From positions 9,473 through 73,472 of the forward strand of contig JBOIEQ010000001.1 in NCBI GenBank assembly GCA_050741255.1: DNA of 64,000 nt, given 5' to 3'. The first letter of the stretch is position 1. Every line of letters starts with the position of its first letter. Below, piece after piece: positions 47,297-60,479 of this stretch. This DNA comes from Burkholderiales bacterium (GTDB lineage: Bacteria; Pseudomonadota; Gammaproteobacteria; Burkholderiales; SG8-41). Both the position numbers and the translations under genes were made by a program. Below the pieces are notes generated by a model, which saw only the letters and a list, made by a program, of their open reading frames with translations, was not told the origin of the DNA and did not search any database.

Positions 47297-48277
47297 CTAC
47301 GTCAGCCGCACGCGGGGGTCCACCCACGTGTAGGAAAGGTCGGTGAGGATCAGGCCGGCGATGTACAGCACCGATCCCAGGAACACGATCGCGCGCAAGG
47401 CCGCGAAATCCTGTCCCTGGATGGCGTCGATGGTGTAGCTGCCAAGCCCGGGAATCGAAAAGAAGGCCTCGGTCAGCAGGCTGCCGATGAACAGCAGCGG
47501 AATCGCCACCACGACGCCGGTCAGGATGGGAATCATCGCGTTCTGCAGGACATGACGGAACAGCACGCGGCGCTCCGACAGCCCCTTGGCGCGCGCGGTG
47601 CGCACGTAATCGCGGTTCATCTCCTCGAGGAAGATCGTGCGGTACCAGCGCGCGCTTGCCCCGATCCCGCCGATCACGCCGATGGCAACCGGCAGCACGA
47701 GAAAACGCCAGGCCTCGATGCCCCCGCCATAGCCGGAAATCGGCACCAGGCTCAGCAACTTGCCGATCAGGTACTGCCCGCCGATGATGTAGAACAGGCC
47801 GGAGATCGACATCAGCACCACGCAGACCACCACGCCGGTGGTGTCGAACGCGGTGGCGCGGAACAACGCGAGCAGCAGGGCGAAGGTGACGTAGACCGCC
47901 AGTCCGATGAGGAACACCGGCAGCGCGATGGCGAGGCTCGCCCACATACGCGTGCGGATATCGAAGCCGATGTCCCGCCCCTGGTCGGAGGTGCCGAACT
48001 GGAAAGCGAAGAGCCGTACCGACTTGTCGAAGAAGATGGTGTCGGTCGCCTTCGCCCGGAGTCCTTCCGCCGCCCCGTTCCACAGCAGCGGACGGTTGTA
48101 GCCGTGCTCCTGCTTCCACTTGGCAACGGCCTCCGGCGTCACGCGCTTGCCGCCCAGCTGCGCGCGCGCCATGTCCTCCGGCGAGTTGACGAAGAAGAAC
48201 AGCGCGAAGGTCAGCAGGTTGACGCCGACCAGGATCAGTCCCGCGTACGCGAGCCGGCGGACGAACCAGGCGATCAT
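47297..48277 (-). CDS. ABC transporter permease (YejB-like)
   Basis: [28 protein letters not shown]...YVRTARAKGLSERRVLFRHVLQNA. Confidence 0.85.
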   Translation of the reverse strand: MIAWFVRRLAYAGLILVGVNLLTFALFFFVNSPEDMARAQLGGKRVTPEAVAKWKQEHGYNRPLLWNGAAEGLRAKATDTIFFDKSVRLFAFQFGTSDQGRDIGFDIRTRMWASLAIALPVFLIGLAVYVTFALLLALFRATAFDTTGVVVCVVLMSISGLFYIIGGQYLIGKLLSLVPISGYGGGIEAWRFLVLPVAIGVIGGIGASARWYRTIFLEEMNRDYVRTARAKGLSERRVLFRHVLQNAMIPILTGVVVAIPLLFIGSLLTEAFFSIPGLGSYTIDAIQGQDFAALRAIVFLGSVLYIAGLILTDLSYTWVDPRVRLT

Positions 48278-50454
48278 CGCGCCGCCCTCCCCGCCAGCGT
48301 GCCGGCGGCGTTCTCGCGCCGGCGGTAGGCCCGCCAGCCGGCCATGCCGACGGCCAGCAGCGCCAGCAGCGCCAGCGCCAGCGGCCACCAGCGCGGCTGG
48401 TTCCATTCGTTGCGCTGGCGTTCGCGCATCGCCGGGTCGAGGCGCTGGTACTTGAGCCCGTTGTTCGCCATCTGGTTGGGTTTGCGGTTGAACAGCCAGG
48501 CGTGGTTCAGGGTGTAGTCCTTGGGGAAAAAACTCCACACCCACGGCGCATCGTGGCGGGCAATGTCCACCATGCGGTCGATCAACTGCTGCCGCTCGGG
48601 GCCATTCGGCATTGCGCGCATCGGGCCAAACAGGCGATCGAACTCCGGATTGACGTAATTGGAGGCGTTCTCGCCCTGCGTCTTCGCGCGGGCCTGCGGG
48701 CCGTGCAGCAGGAAGAGGAAATTCTCCGGGTCGGGATAGTCCGCGTTCCAGCCCAGAAAGTAGAGCTGCTGGGTGCCCTTGCGCAGCTTGTCCTGGAAAC
48801 GGTTGTAGTCGGACGCCCGCACCTGCAGTTGCACACCGATCTTGTCGAACTGCCGGATGTACCAGTCCAGCCGGGACTTGTCGTCTGGACCCCTGCTCGT
48901 GGTATCCAGATTCAACAGCAGTGGCAGTCCGGTCTTCGCGTCGCGCCCATTCGGATAACCCGCTTCGGCGAGCAGCTTGCGTGCGGTCTCGATGGACTTG
49001 CGTTCCGGCCGACCACCCACCCAGTCGTATACGTAGGGGTTCAACCCCTCCCGGCCTTCGCGATAACCGAAGATGCCGGGCGGGATGGGCCCCTGTGCGG
49101 GGATGCCGCGCCCGTTGCGGAAAATGGCGATCATTTCCTCCTGGTCCACCGCGATCGAGATCGCCAGCCGCAGCTTGCGCGCGCGTTCGCCGGCGGCGCT
49201 GCCCACCACCGGATCGAGCATGTTGAAGCCGAGGTAGAACACGCTCGTGGCCACCGCAGTCTGCAACTGGATGCCGCGCGCCTGCATCTCCGCGGTGAGT
49301 GTGACGTCGCCCTGTCCGCCGAACTGCACGGCCTGGTCGAAGGTGTCCGAGCTGATGCCCGAGGCATCGAAATAGCCCTGCAGGAACTTGTTCCAGTAGG
49401 GAATCTGTTCCTTCTCCAGGCTGTATACAGCCTTGTCGATGAAGGGCAGCGGCTTGCCCGCATCGGCCAGCCAGCCGCGCTCGCGGTCGCCCGGCTCGCC
49501 TTCCGTGGGATAAGTCTCCCCCTCGAAGTATGGATTGCGCTCCAGCACCATCTGGCGGTTCGGGTTGTTCACGGTCAGCCGGTAGGGACCGGTGCCCACC
49601 GGGTACCAGTCCAGCGTCAGGTTGCGCTCGGCAAAGCCGGGCTGCGCGTAAAAGCGATCGGCCTCCGGCGGCACCGGCGCAAAAAAGGGCATGGCAAGCC
49701 AGTAGATGAACTGCGGGTACAGCCCCTTCAGCGTGATCGCGTAGGTGTAGCGGTCGATCACCCGCGCGCCTTCCAGTGCGTGCTGCTCCAGATTGATCCA
49801 GCCACGGCCGCGTTCCGCGCGATCGGCCTCCTGCAGCTTTGTTGAGAGATCCTTCAGGCCGACGATGTATTCGCCCATCAGCCCCAGCACCGGCGAATGC
49901 AGGTGTGGATGCGCGAGTCGCTTGATCTGGTGGACGTAGTCGGCGGCAACCAGTTCGCGGGTGCCGGTCTCCGCGAAGTCGCGCAGCTCGTTGATGCCCC
50001 GCAGATCGCGCTCGGTCAGCCCCAGGTAGCGCGGCTTGCCCTCCGCATCCGTGGCGAACGCAGGATGCGGGGCATAGCGGATGCCTGGTCGGATGCGGAT
50101 CGTGTAGCGGGTATGCGCCACCTCACCCGGCGCTCTGCGCACCCGGTCCGCCGACAGCGGGCGTCCGCGCGCATCGAGGTATGCGGGCTGGGGAACGGCT
50201 TGCGCGCCGAAGGGCACCAGCGTGTACGGGCGCTTGAGGTAATGGTATTGCAGCGGCGGCTGGTAGATGTTGGCGATGAACGCGTACTCGTTCTCGCTGT
50301 ACGACTGCACCGGGTCGAGATGCTTGGGGCGCTCGTTGAACGAGGCGTAGAACACGTTGCGGGCCGCGTCGCCCGCCGGATAGGGGTCGTTCCACGGCGC
50401 GCCGCACGCGCAGAGCAGGACGGCCGGCAGGAGAAAAAGCGTACGCGCACGCAC
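48274..50454 (-). CDS. family-5 peptide/opine-type ABC substrate-binding lipoprotein (YejA-like) with an extra C-terminal hydrophobic segment
   Basis: Lipobox-like [10 protein letters not shown] and SBP_bac_5-type body. C-terminus [30 protein letters not shown]. Confidence 0.85.
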   Translation of the reverse strand: MRARTLFLLPAVLLCACGAPWNDPYPAGDAARNVFYASFNERPKHLDPVQSYSENEYAFIANIYQPPLQYHYLKRPYTLVPFGAQAVPQPAYLDARGRPLSADRVRRAPGEVAHTRYTIRIRPGIRYAPHPAFATDAEGKPRYLGLTERDLRGINELRDFAETGTRELVAADYVHQIKRLAHPHLHSPVLGLMGEYIVGLKDLSTKLQEADRAERGRGWINLEQHALEGARVIDRYTYAITLKGLYPQFIYWLAMPFFAPVPPEADRFYAQPGFAERNLTLDWYPVGTGPYRLTVNNPNRQMVLERNPYFEGETYPTEGEPGDRERGWLADAGKPLPFIDKAVYSLEKEQIPYWNKFLQGYFDASGISSDTFDQAVQFGGQGDVTLTAEMQARGIQLQTAVATSVFYLGFNMLDPVVGSAAGERARKLRLAISIAVDQEEMIAIFRNGRGIPAQGPIPPGIFGYREGREGLNPYVYDWVGGRPERKSIETARKLLAEAGYPNGRDAKTGLPLLLNLDTTSRGPDDKSRLDWYIRQFDKIGVQLQVRASDYNRFQDKLRKGTQQLYFLGWNADYPDPENFLFLLHGPQARAKTQGENASNYVNPEFDRLFGPMRAMPNGPERQQLIDRMVDIARHDAPWVWSFFPKDYTLNHAWLFNRKPNQMANNGLKYQRLDPAMRERQRNEWNQPRWWPLALALLALLAVGMAGWRAYRRRENAAGTLAGRAAR

Positions 50455-50531
50455 GCTGCGAGTGTAGCAAACGCCCCGGCCGCCGCAGGGCGGGCGGTTA
50501 TAATTCAGGGCCTATCCAACCCGGAGCCGCC

Positions 50532-51314
50532 ATGGGCTTCCTCGACAACAAGAAAATCCTGATCTGCGGCCTGCTCTCCAACCGCTCCATTGCCTACGGC
50601 ATCGCCAAGGCCTGCCGGCGCGAAGGCGCGCAACTCGCCTTCACCTATCAGAACGAGCGCTTCGAGGAACGCGTCATGGCGATGGCGGCCGAATTCGGCT
50701 CCGAGGCGGTATTTCCCTGCGATGTGGCCTCCGATGCGGAGATTGCCGGCCTGTTCGAACGCCTGCGCGGGCGCTGGGACGGGCTGGACGGGCTGGTGCA
50801 TGCGCTGGCCTATGCCCCGCGCGAGGCCATTTCGGGCAGTTTCACCGAGGGGCTGACGCGCGAAGCCTTCCGCATCGCGCACGACGTGTCGAGCTACAGC
50901 TTTCCCGCGCTCGCCAAGGCGGCGCTGCCGATGATGGAGGGCCGCGACGGCGCGCTGCTGACGCTGTCCTACCTGGGGGCCCTGCGCGCGATTCCGAACT
51001 ACAACACGATGGGGCTGGCGAAAGCGAGCCTGGAAGCGGCGGTGCGCTACCTGGCGCTGGATCTCGGCGCGAAAGGCATCCGCGCGAACGCGATTTCCGC
51101 GGGACCGATCAAGACGCTCGCCGCCAGCGGCATCGCGGGCTTCGGCAAGATCCTGAAGCACGTCGAGGAACACGCGCCGCTCAAGCGCAACGTCACGCTG
51201 GAGAACATCGGCAACGCCGCGGCCTTCCTGCTGTCCGACCTCGCCGCCGGCATCACCGGCGAAATCACTTACGTCGACTGCGGCTACAACAGCATCGTGG
51301 CCGGCATGGCCTGA
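50532..51314 (+). CDS. fabI: enoyl-[acyl-carrier-protein] reductase (NADH)
   Basis: [27 protein letters not shown]...[13 protein letters not shown]... Confidence 0.95.
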   Translation: MGFLDNKKILICGLLSNRSIAYGIAKACRREGAQLAFTYQNERFEERVMAMAAEFGSEAVFPCDVASDAEIAGLFERLRGRWDGLDGLVHALAYAPREAISGSFTEGLTREAFRIAHDVSSYSFPALAKAALPMMEGRDGALLTLSYLGALRAIPNYNTMGLAKASLEAAVRYLALDLGAKGIRANAISAGPIKTLAASGIAGFGKILKHVEEHAPLKRNVTLENIGNAAAFLLSDLAAGITGEITYVDCGYNSIVAGMA

Positions 51315-51328
51315 GCGGCCACGTCGTC

Positions 51329-53230
51329 TTACTGCTTTTTGCTGTTGTCCATCAGCGCGCTGTTGACGTTGATGTCGGTGCGGCCGCGCAGGCTGCCGAT
51401 GACCGCCGCCAGTTCCTCCTGCCCGCGCAGCTGGGACAACTGCTGGGACACTGCCCGCTGTTTGTCGGCCGCCGGTGCCTCGGGCTGCTGGACCTTGCTC
51501 ACCCGCACCAGCACGAAGTTGCCGCTGCGCGCATCGTCCGCCCCCGCGTAGGCCGGCAGCTTGTCGGTATCGAGCTTGAACGCCTGCATCAGGGCCGGCA
51601 AGGGCAGGCCCTGCGCGTCCGCGCGCGAGGCCAGCTTGGGCGCGGACCACGTGAAGCCGGCGTCCTCGCCCGCCTTGAGTTTGGCGAGACGGGCGCGTCC
51701 GTCCTCGGCGGCGAGCTGCACGGCGCGTTCACGCGTCAGGCGGCGTGTGATGTCCGCGCTCACCTCGGCGAACGGCTTGGTACCCACCGGTTTGTGTTCC
51801 ACCACGCGGGCCGCCACGATCGCGCTGCCGACGTCGATCGCGTCGGTGTTGCGGCGGTCCTTCAGCGATTCCTCGCCGAACACGGCCTTCAGCAGCTTGG
51901 GATTGTCGAGCAGCTTGTCCGCGCCGCCGGCGCGCGTCAGCCAACCGCTGGTCTGCAACGGCAGCTTCAGCTTCTCGGCCGCCGGCTTGAGGCTGTCGGG
52001 CGTCTCGAAGGCGAGGCTCGACAACTGCTCACCCATTTCCGCGTAGCGCTTCTGCGCCTTGCGTTTGCGGATCTCCGCTTCGAGCTGGGCCTTGACCTCG
52101 TCGAAGCTGCGCGTTTTGACTTCCGCCACCCGCACCAGGTGCACGCCGAACCGCGTCGCGACCGGCCCACCCGTCGCGCCGGGCGCGAGGCTGAACGCGA
52201 GGTCTTCCAGCGCCGGCATGTCGTTCAGCGCGCCCCGCGGCAGCAGGCCCAGATCGCCGCCCTTGGCGGCGGAACCGGGATCCTGCGACTCCCGCTTGGC
52301 CACGGCCGCAAACGCGGCGGGACCGGCCTTCGCCTCGGCCAGCAGGCGGTCCGCCTTGAGGCGCGCCGCCTGCTTGTCGTCTTCGCTCGCTTTGGGATCA
52401 ACCGCAATCAGGATGTGCGAGATGCGGCGCTGCTCGGCCCGCGCGTAGAGGGCCTTGTTGGCTTCAAAGGCCTCCTTGAGTTCCTCGGCGCTCACCGTTT
52501 CCTTCGCCGCGAGCGCATCGAGCGAAACCGCCACGAACTCCACCCTGACCTGCTCGGGCGTCTGGAAGTCCGCCAAGTGGCTGTCGTAATACTTCTTCGC
52601 GGCCTCGGGCTCCAGTTTGACGGCGCCCAGGTAGGCATCCGGCGACAGCTGATGCACGCTGACCTCGCGCTGCTGTTCGCTCAGCGCGGCCAGCTTCCGC
52701 GCCACGGTTTGCGGCACGAAGCTGCTGTCGGCGTAGGCCTCCTCCAGCGTGCCGATGATGAGGTCGCGCCGGACGCCGGATTCAAAACTGACCGGTGTCT
52801 CGCCGCGCGCCCTGAGCAGTTCCTGATAGCGCGCCGGGGAAAATTTGCCGCTCTCGTCCCGGAAATACGGCACGGCGGTGAGATACTGCCGCAGCGCCGC
52901 GTCGGGCACCACGACCCGCTCGCGCACCGCCTCGCCCAGCAGCAGGCGCCGTTGCACCAGTTTTTCCAGCACGTCGTAACGCAGTTCCGGCGAGTCGAGC
53001 AACTGGGGATCGATCGCGCCGCCGGCCATCTGCCGCAACTGTTCCTGGCGCTCGCGCAAGGCACGGTCGAACTCCCGCGCGCTGATCGTGATGCCGCCTA
53101 CGGAAGCGGCGTTCTGCCCACCGATGTCGGATCGGAAGTAGGCATCGACGCCAAAAAATGCGAACGGCACGAGACACAGCGCGAGGAAAATCTGCATCAG
53201 CCGCTTGTGTCTTTCAACGAAATCGAACAT
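51329..53230 (-). CDS. ppiD: periplasmic chaperone / peptidyl-prolyl isomerase D
   Basis: N-terminal TM anchor MFDFVERHKRLMQIFLALCLVPFAFFG, SurA-N-like region and parvulin-like region (RISHILI...GGDLG). Conserved position after hupB and the tRNAs. Confidence 0.85.
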   Translation of the reverse strand: MFDFVERHKRLMQIFLALCLVPFAFFGVDAYFRSDIGGQNAASVGGITISAREFDRALRERQEQLRQMAGGAIDPQLLDSPELRYDVLEKLVQRRLLLGEAVRERVVVPDAALRQYLTAVPYFRDESGKFSPARYQELLRARGETPVSFESGVRRDLIIGTLEEAYADSSFVPQTVARKLAALSEQQREVSVHQLSPDAYLGAVKLEPEAAKKYYDSHLADFQTPEQVRVEFVAVSLDALAAKETVSAEELKEAFEANKALYARAEQRRISHILIAVDPKASEDDKQAARLKADRLLAEAKAGPAAFAAVAKRESQDPGSAAKGGDLGLLPRGALNDMPALEDLAFSLAPGATGGPVATRFGVHLVRVAEVKTRSFDEVKAQLEAEIRKRKAQKRYAEMGEQLSSLAFETPDSLKPAAEKLKLPLQTSGWLTRAGGADKLLDNPKLLKAVFGEESLKDRRNTDAIDVGSAIVAARVVEHKPVGTKPFAEVSADITRRLTRERAVQLAAEDGRARLAKLKAGEDAGFTWSAPKLASRADAQGLPLPALMQAFKLDTDKLPAYAGADDARSGNFVLVRVSKVQQPEAPAADKQRAVSQQLSQLRGQEELAAVIGSLRGRTDINVNSALMDNSKKQ

Positions 53231-53313
53231 GAGAATGCCCGTCCTGGGTCGTGATGGCCGTAGTGTTAACGGTGAACGGTGAACGCAGCGGGGCGCGACT
53301 TCGGCGTCCCAGC

Positions 53314-53339
53314 AAAAAGGGCGAACCGCGGTTCGCCCT
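53314..53339 (-). terminator. rho-independent terminator after tRNA-Asp
   Basis: AGGGCGAACC-GC-GGTTCGCCCT (10-bp stem), followed on the minus strand by UUUUU. Confidence 0.6.
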
Positions 53340-53368
53340 GCGCCTGCAACAAAACATTAAAACAAAGC

Positions 53369-53445
53369 TGGCGGAGTGGACGGGACTCGAACCCGCGACC
53401 CCCGGCGTGACAGGCCGGTATTCTAACCAACTGAACTACCACTCC
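53369..53445 (-). tRNA. tRNA-Asp (anticodon GUC)
   Basis: GGAGTGGTAGTTCAGTTGGTTAGAATACCGGCCTGTCACGCCGGGGGTCGCGGGTTCGAGTCCCGTCCACTCCGCCA. Confidence 0.95.
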
Positions 53446-53479
53446 CGAATGGCGATGCGACAATACGTGATGCGCTGAC

Positions 53480-53555
53480 TGGTGGGTGCTGACGGGCTCG
53501 AACCGCCGACATTCGCCTTGTAAGGGCGACGCTCTACCAACTGAGCTAAGCACCC
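53480..53555 (-). tRNA. tRNA-Val (anticodon UAC)
   Basis: GGGTGCTTAGCTCAGTTGGTAGAGCGTCGCCCTTACAAGGCGAATGTCGGCGGTTCGAGCCCGTCAGCACCCACCA. Confidence 0.95.
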
Positions 53556-53692
53556 GAATACCGGGGAACCGGGCTCATGCTGCTTTGCCCTGTGTCGGCG
53601 CCCAAAACAAATGGGGTGCCCGGAAACTTCAACTCCGCGGTCACCCCAAGCTTATTAACTCGCCTGACCTAGCCTGCCTGCAACGTAAGTGG

Positions 53693-53965
53693 TTAGTTTA
53701 ACGCATCTTTCAGCGCCTTGCCAGCGCTGAACTTGGGCACGTTCGCGGCGCTGATCTGGATTTCTTCCTTGGTGCGCGGATTGCGGCCCATGCGGGCGGC
53801 CCGCTTGCTCACCTTGAACGTGCCGAAGCCGACCAGAGTCACGGCGACACCGCTCTTGAGCGAGGCGGTGATCGCGTCGAGCGCCCCGTCAAGCGCCTTC
53901 TCCGCCGCCGCCTTGGAAATGTCGGCCGATTTGGCGACCGATTCGATGAGTTCTGACTTGTTCAC
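53693..53965 (-). CDS. hupB: DNA-binding protein HU-beta
   Basis: (GTG)[70 protein letters not shown]. 90 aa, GTG start with AAGGGGAAG SD. Confidence 0.9.
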   Translation of the reverse strand: MNKSELIESVAKSADISKAAAEKALDGALDAITASLKSGVAVTLVGFGTFKVSKRAARMGRNPRTKEEIQISAANVPKFSAGKALKDALN

Positions 53966-54289
53966 TGTTGCTTCCCCTTGACTGAATTCGAGTGATGAAA
54001 AAATTGCCGCGTTGCCTGCCCGCAAAGGACAGGCGCGTATCGCGAAATTCGATTGCGAAATCCGGTACTTGCGGCGATTGGTTGACGAACGGACAAATGA
54101 CAGCGGATGAAGTACGGATCACCTGCGGACTACAGGACTGCACCTGGCTTCTGACCTCCGACCTGCACCTGCGTCGGAACCGCCTGAACCGCGCTTTGCT
54201 GATGTGAGGTTATAGCAAGTGCAAATTTTGAGTGTCAAGCCAACCCGTCACACTTCCACGCTTGACAAGCCAACGAGTCAAGAGCGCGC

Positions 54290-54319
54290 AAAAAAGGGCG
54301 TGCCGGGGCACACCCTTTT
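54290..54319 (-). terminator. rho-independent terminator of lon
   Basis: Minus strand AAAAGGGTGTG-CCCCGG-CACGCCCTTTTTT. 9-bp stem with one mismatch plus a U-run, about 20 nt after the lon stop. Confidence 0.6.
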
Positions 54320-54340
54320 CGCAAGCCACGCTGACCGGGA

Positions 54341-56752
54341 TCAGTGCTTGATCGCGGTCGTCACCGGTTGTTCGACCGGCGGCGGCGCCGCCACCTCCTC
54401 CTTGTCGGCCAGCGGCTCGGGCTTGCGCTCGAGCGCCATCTCCAGCACCTGCTCGATCCACTTCACGGGATGGATATCGAGGCGGTTCTTGACGTTCTCC
54501 GGGATCTCGGTCAGGTCCTTTACGTTCTCTTCCGGAATCAGCACGATCTTGATGCCGCCGCGGTGCGCCGCCAGCAGTTTCTCCTTGAGCCCGCCGATCG
54601 GCAGCACCTCGCCGCGCAGCGTGATCTCGCCGGTCATCGCCACATCCGCCCGCACCGGAATGCCGGTCAGCGCCGACACCATTGCGGTCGTCACGGCGAT
54701 ACCCGCGCTGGGGCCGTCCTTGGGCGTGGCGCCCTCGGGGAAGTGGATATGGATGTCCTTTTTCTCGAACGCCTCATCCTTGATGCCCAGCTTGTGGGAA
54801 CGGCTGCGCACGACGGTATGGGCGGCGGCGACCGATTCCTGCATGACGTCGCCCAGCTTGCCCGTGCGCTGCACCTTGCCCTTGCCGGGCATCAGCGCGG
54901 CTTCCACCGTCAGCAATTCGCCGCCGACTTCCGTCCACGCCAGACCGGTGACCTGGCCGATCTGGTTGTTCTTTTCCGCCATCCCGTAGGTGTAACGGCG
55001 CACGCCCAGGTACTTGTCCAGGTTGCGCGCGCTGACCGTGACCTTGCGGCTCGCATCGTCGCGCACCAGCGCCCGTACCACCTTGCGGCAGACCTTGGAA
55101 ATCTCGCGCTCCAGCGCGCGCACGCCGGCCTCCCGCGTGTAGTAGCGGATGATGTCGCGGATACCGCTTTCCGACACCGTCAGCTCCTCGGTCTTCAGGC
55201 CGTGCGTCTTCATCTGCTTGGCCAGCAGATGTTTCAGCGCGATGTTGACCTTCTCGTCTTCGGTATAACCGGAGAGGCGAATGACTTCCATCCGGTCGAG
55301 CAGCGCCGGCGGGATGTTGAGCGTGTTCGAGGTCGCGACGAACATCACGTCGGACAGGTCGTACTCGACCTCGACGTAATGATCGACGAAGGTCGCGTTC
55401 TGCTCCGGGTCGAGTACCTCCAGCAGGGCCGAGGCGGGGTCGCCGCGCCAGTCCATGCCCATCTTGTCGACTTCGTCCAGCAGGAACAGCGGATTGCGCA
55501 CGCCGACCTTGGACATGTTCTGCAGGATCTTGCCGGGCATCGAGCCGATGTAGGTACGGCGGTGGCCGCGGATCTCGGATTCGTCACGCACGCCGCCCAA
55601 CGACATGCGCACGAACTTGCGGTTGGTCGCACGCGCGATCGACTGGCCGAGCGAGGTCTTGCCCACGCCGGGCGCGCCGACCAGGCACAGAATCGGCCCC
55701 TTCAGTTTGTCCACGCGCTGCTGTACCGCGAGGTACTCGACGATCCGCTCCTTGACCTTGTCGAGGCCGTAATGGTCGTCGTCGAGCACCTTCTCGGCCG
55801 CCACGAGGTCGGTCGAGATTTTGCTCTTCTTGCGCCACGGCAGGCCGATCAGCTGGTCGAGATAATTGCGCACGACCGTCGCCTCCGCCGACATGGGCGA
55901 CATGAGGCGCAGTTTCTTCAGCTCGGCTTCGGCCTTCTTGCGCGCTTCCTTGGGCATGCGCGCGGCCTTGATCCGCTTGTCGATCTCCTCGAAGTCGGCG
56001 CCCTCTTCCAGTTCGCCGAGTTCCTTCTGGATCGCCTTCACCTGCTCGTTCAGGTAGTACTCGCGCTGGCTCTTCTCCATCTGCCGCTTGACGCGGCCGC
56101 GGATGCGCTTTTCGACCTGCAGGATGTCGAGTTCGCCTTCGACGAGCTTCAGCAGGTGTTCGAGGCGCTTTTCGACCTCGCCCATCTCGAGCACTTCCTG
56201 CTTCTGTTCGAGCTTGAGCGGCAGGTGCGCGGCAATGGTGTCGGCGAGACGGCCCGGCTCGTCGATGCCGGCGAGCGAGGTCAGGATTTCCGGCGGGATC
56301 TTCTTGTTCAGCTTCACGTACTGGTCGAATTCCGAGACCAGCGCGCGCCGCATGGCTTCCACCTCCGGACTCGGCGCGGCGGCATCCGCCGGGAGCAGGG
56401 TCGCTTCGGCGGCGAGGTGCGTCTGGACATCGGTAACCGCCTCGATGGTCGCGCGCTGCGCGCCCTCGACCAGCACCTTCACGGTGCCGTCCGGCAGCTT
56501 CAGCATCTGGAGGATGTTGGCGACGCTGCCGATGGCGTACAGATCCTCGGGACCCGGGTCGTCCTTGGCGGCCGATTTCTGGGCGACCAGCAGGATGCTC
56601 TTGCCGGCCTCCATGGCGGCTTCCAGCGCCTTGATCGATTTCGGGCGCCCCACGAACAGCGGAATGACCATGTGCGGGAACACCACCACGTCCCGCAAGG
56701 GAAGCAGCGGCAATTGCACGCGGCCGGAGGTCTGCACCGGGGTATCAGTCAT
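54341..56752 (-). CDS. lon: ATP-dependent protease Lon
   Basis: [23 protein letters not shown] (LON N-domain), GPPGVGKTS-type Walker A ([15 protein letters not shown]), catalytic [10 protein letters not shown]. Confidence 0.95.
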   Translation of the reverse strand: MTDTPVQTSGRVQLPLLPLRDVVVFPHMVIPLFVGRPKSIKALEAAMEAGKSILLVAQKSAAKDDPGPEDLYAIGSVANILQMLKLPDGTVKVLVEGAQRATIEAVTDVQTHLAAEATLLPADAAAPSPEVEAMRRALVSEFDQYVKLNKKIPPEILTSLAGIDEPGRLADTIAAHLPLKLEQKQEVLEMGEVEKRLEHLLKLVEGELDILQVEKRIRGRVKRQMEKSQREYYLNEQVKAIQKELGELEEGADFEEIDKRIKAARMPKEARKKAEAELKKLRLMSPMSAEATVVRNYLDQLIGLPWRKKSKISTDLVAAEKVLDDDHYGLDKVKERIVEYLAVQQRVDKLKGPILCLVGAPGVGKTSLGQSIARATNRKFVRMSLGGVRDESEIRGHRRTYIGSMPGKILQNMSKVGVRNPLFLLDEVDKMGMDWRGDPASALLEVLDPEQNATFVDHYVEVEYDLSDVMFVATSNTLNIPPALLDRMEVIRLSGYTEDEKVNIALKHLLAKQMKTHGLKTEELTVSESGIRDIIRYYTREAGVRALEREISKVCRKVVRALVRDDASRKVTVSARNLDKYLGVRRYTYGMAEKNNQIGQVTGLAWTEVGGELLTVEAALMPGKGKVQRTGKLGDVMQESVAAAHTVVRSRSHKLGIKDEAFEKKDIHIHFPEGATPKDGPSAGIAVTTAMVSALTGIPVRADVAMTGEITLRGEVLPIGGLKEKLLAAHRGGIKIVLIPEENVKDLTEIPENVKNRLDIHPVKWIEQVLEMALERKPEPLADKEEVAAPPPVEQPVTTAIKH

Positions 56753-56783
56753 GTTGTTTTCCAAGGTTCCGAAGAGTCAGGGA

Positions 56784-56811
56784 TAAATGGGGCTGCGCCA
56801 GTGATTATCAA
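56784..56811 (-). promoter_or_regulatory. sigma32 (RpoH)-type heat-shock promoter upstream of lon
   Basis: Minus strand ATTGATAA-N12-CCCCATTTA versus consensus CTTGAAA / CCCCATnTA. The -10 ends about 32 nt before ATG 56752. Confidence 0.5.
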
Positions 56812-56882
56812 TCAAACGCCCGCGCAGGCGGAAAACCCTGCCGAACCAATCGGTTGCAGGGGGCCTGAGATAGGGGATGCAC

Positions 56883-58148
<1,266 letters not shown>

Positions 58149-58202
58149 CGGGGTCAGTGGGTTCTGGTTTTGGGTGTCTGGCGAATATGATACGTCAGTT
58201 GA

Positions 58203-58826
<624 letters not shown>

Positions 58827-58830
58827 CGGT

Positions 58831-60132
58831 TCAGTTCCGTCCCATCAGTTCGTCAAACGGCGTCGCCTTGTCTTCCACCTTCGCGGCGGACAGCACCCAT
58901 TGCACGACATTCTCCTCGACCACGCCGCCTTCCACTTCGCGCAGGCGGTCCGCAGACTGATAGTGCCACTTCACGACCTCCTGCGGATGTTCGTAGCTTT
59001 GCGCCAGTTCTTCGACCGCGGACTTCACTTGCTCTGGTTTCGCCTGCAGTCCGTTGACCCTGACGAGTTCAGCAAGAATCAAGCCAAGCCGCACCCGGCG
59101 CTCCGCCTGTGCGGTAAAGGCATCCGGGGGAATCGGCATGCTGTCGATCTTGACCCCGCGTGCGGCGAGGTCTTGCCGCATCGCCTGAGCCATGCGGTCG
59201 GCCTCCAGCTCGACGAGTGACTTCGGCACGTCGACCGGGGTGGTGTCGACCAGCAGCTGCATCACCTGTTCCTTGACCTTCTGTTTCACGCGCCCCACCA
59301 CCTCGCGTTCCAGGTTCGCCTTGACCTCGGCGCGCATCTTGGCGATATCGCCATCCTCCACGCCCAGGGTGCGGGCGAAATCCGCGTCCACCGGGGGCAG
59401 TTTGGGCTGGGCCACCGCGTTGACCTTGACTTCGAAATGCGCGTTCTTGCCGGCAACCGTCTGGCTGCCGTAGTCGTCCGGGAATTTGAGGTCGAAAGCG
59501 CGCGCATCGCCGGCGCCGGCCCCCAGCAGGTGCTTTTCGAAGTCCGGCAGCAGCCGGCCTTCGCCCAGCACGATGGGCTGCCCGGTGGCGGTGCCGCCGT
59601 CGAAAGGCACACCGTCGATCGTGCCCGCGAAATCGATGGTGGCCTGGTCGCCGGCCTGCGCGGCGCGCGCCACCGTCTCATAGGTCGCCCGCTGCTTGCG
59701 CATGATATCGAGCGTCTTGTCGACCTCCGTATCGGTCACCGTCACCTGCGGCCGCTGGATGCCGCTTTGCGCCAGCGTGCCGAGCCTGACATCGGGATAG
59801 ATTTCGAAGGTCGCGCTCGCCTGCACGGCATCGCCCGCCTCGTCGCGCGGCGGCTCGAAGCGCGGATAGCCGGCCACCTTGAGGTTCTGGGTCTGCACGG
59901 CCTCGGAAAAATTCTTCTGCAGCGCGTCGCCCAGCACTTCGCGCCGGACCTGGTCGCCATATTGCTGGGCGACGACCTTGAGCGGCACCTTGCCGGGCCG
60001 GAAGCCCGACAGGCGCACGTTGCGCGCGAGTTGTTTCAGGCGCGTTTCCACCTCGGAGTCGATCTCCGCCCGCGGCACGCTGATGGTGAGCCGCCGTTCG
60101 AGGCCGCCCAGGGTTTCTACGTTTGCTGCCAT
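58831..60132 (-). CDS. tig: trigger factor
   Basis: [11 protein letters not shown] ribosome-binding signature, FKBP-like middle domain, position upstream of clpP. Confidence 0.95.
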   Translation of the reverse strand: MAANVETLGGLERRLTISVPRAEIDSEVETRLKQLARNVRLSGFRPGKVPLKVVAQQYGDQVRREVLGDALQKNFSEAVQTQNLKVAGYPRFEPPRDEAGDAVQASATFEIYPDVRLGTLAQSGIQRPQVTVTDTEVDKTLDIMRKQRATYETVARAAQAGDQATIDFAGTIDGVPFDGGTATGQPIVLGEGRLLPDFEKHLLGAGAGDARAFDLKFPDDYGSQTVAGKNAHFEVKVNAVAQPKLPPVDADFARTLGVEDGDIAKMRAEVKANLEREVVGRVKQKVKEQVMQLLVDTTPVDVPKSLVELEADRMAQAMRQDLAARGVKIDSMPIPPDAFTAQAERRVRLGLILAELVRVNGLQAKPEQVKSAVEELAQSYEHPQEVVKWHYQSADRLREVEGGVVEENVVQWVLSAAKVEDKATPFDELMGRN

Positions 60133-60191
60133 GTCCGTTTCGTCAGTCCTGTATCGTCAAAGCGTCCGTCGGTCAGTGCGCTGCGCCGGCC

Positions 60192-60277
<86 letters not shown>

Positions 60278-60479
60278 GCCACTACTACTAAAACCAAACT
60301 TGCTGCACTGGCTGGCGGCTGGTCTTGACGGGATTCTCCACCCGTCCGCCAACCGCTTTCGCAACTGCTTGATTGTAATATAATTCGTCCGCCTCAAATA
60401 GCACCGAAAACACACGGATGGCGCGCACCCGCGGCGTCTGCCGCACCGCATCGCCGACCACGCCGCACGCCGCCCTCCG

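Noticed and set aside
50499-50504. TATAAT hexamer upstream of fabI as a promoter -10 element.
   Set aside because: No acceptable -35 element lies at 16-18 nt (GC-rich GCCGCC), so it is too weak to annotate from sequence alone.
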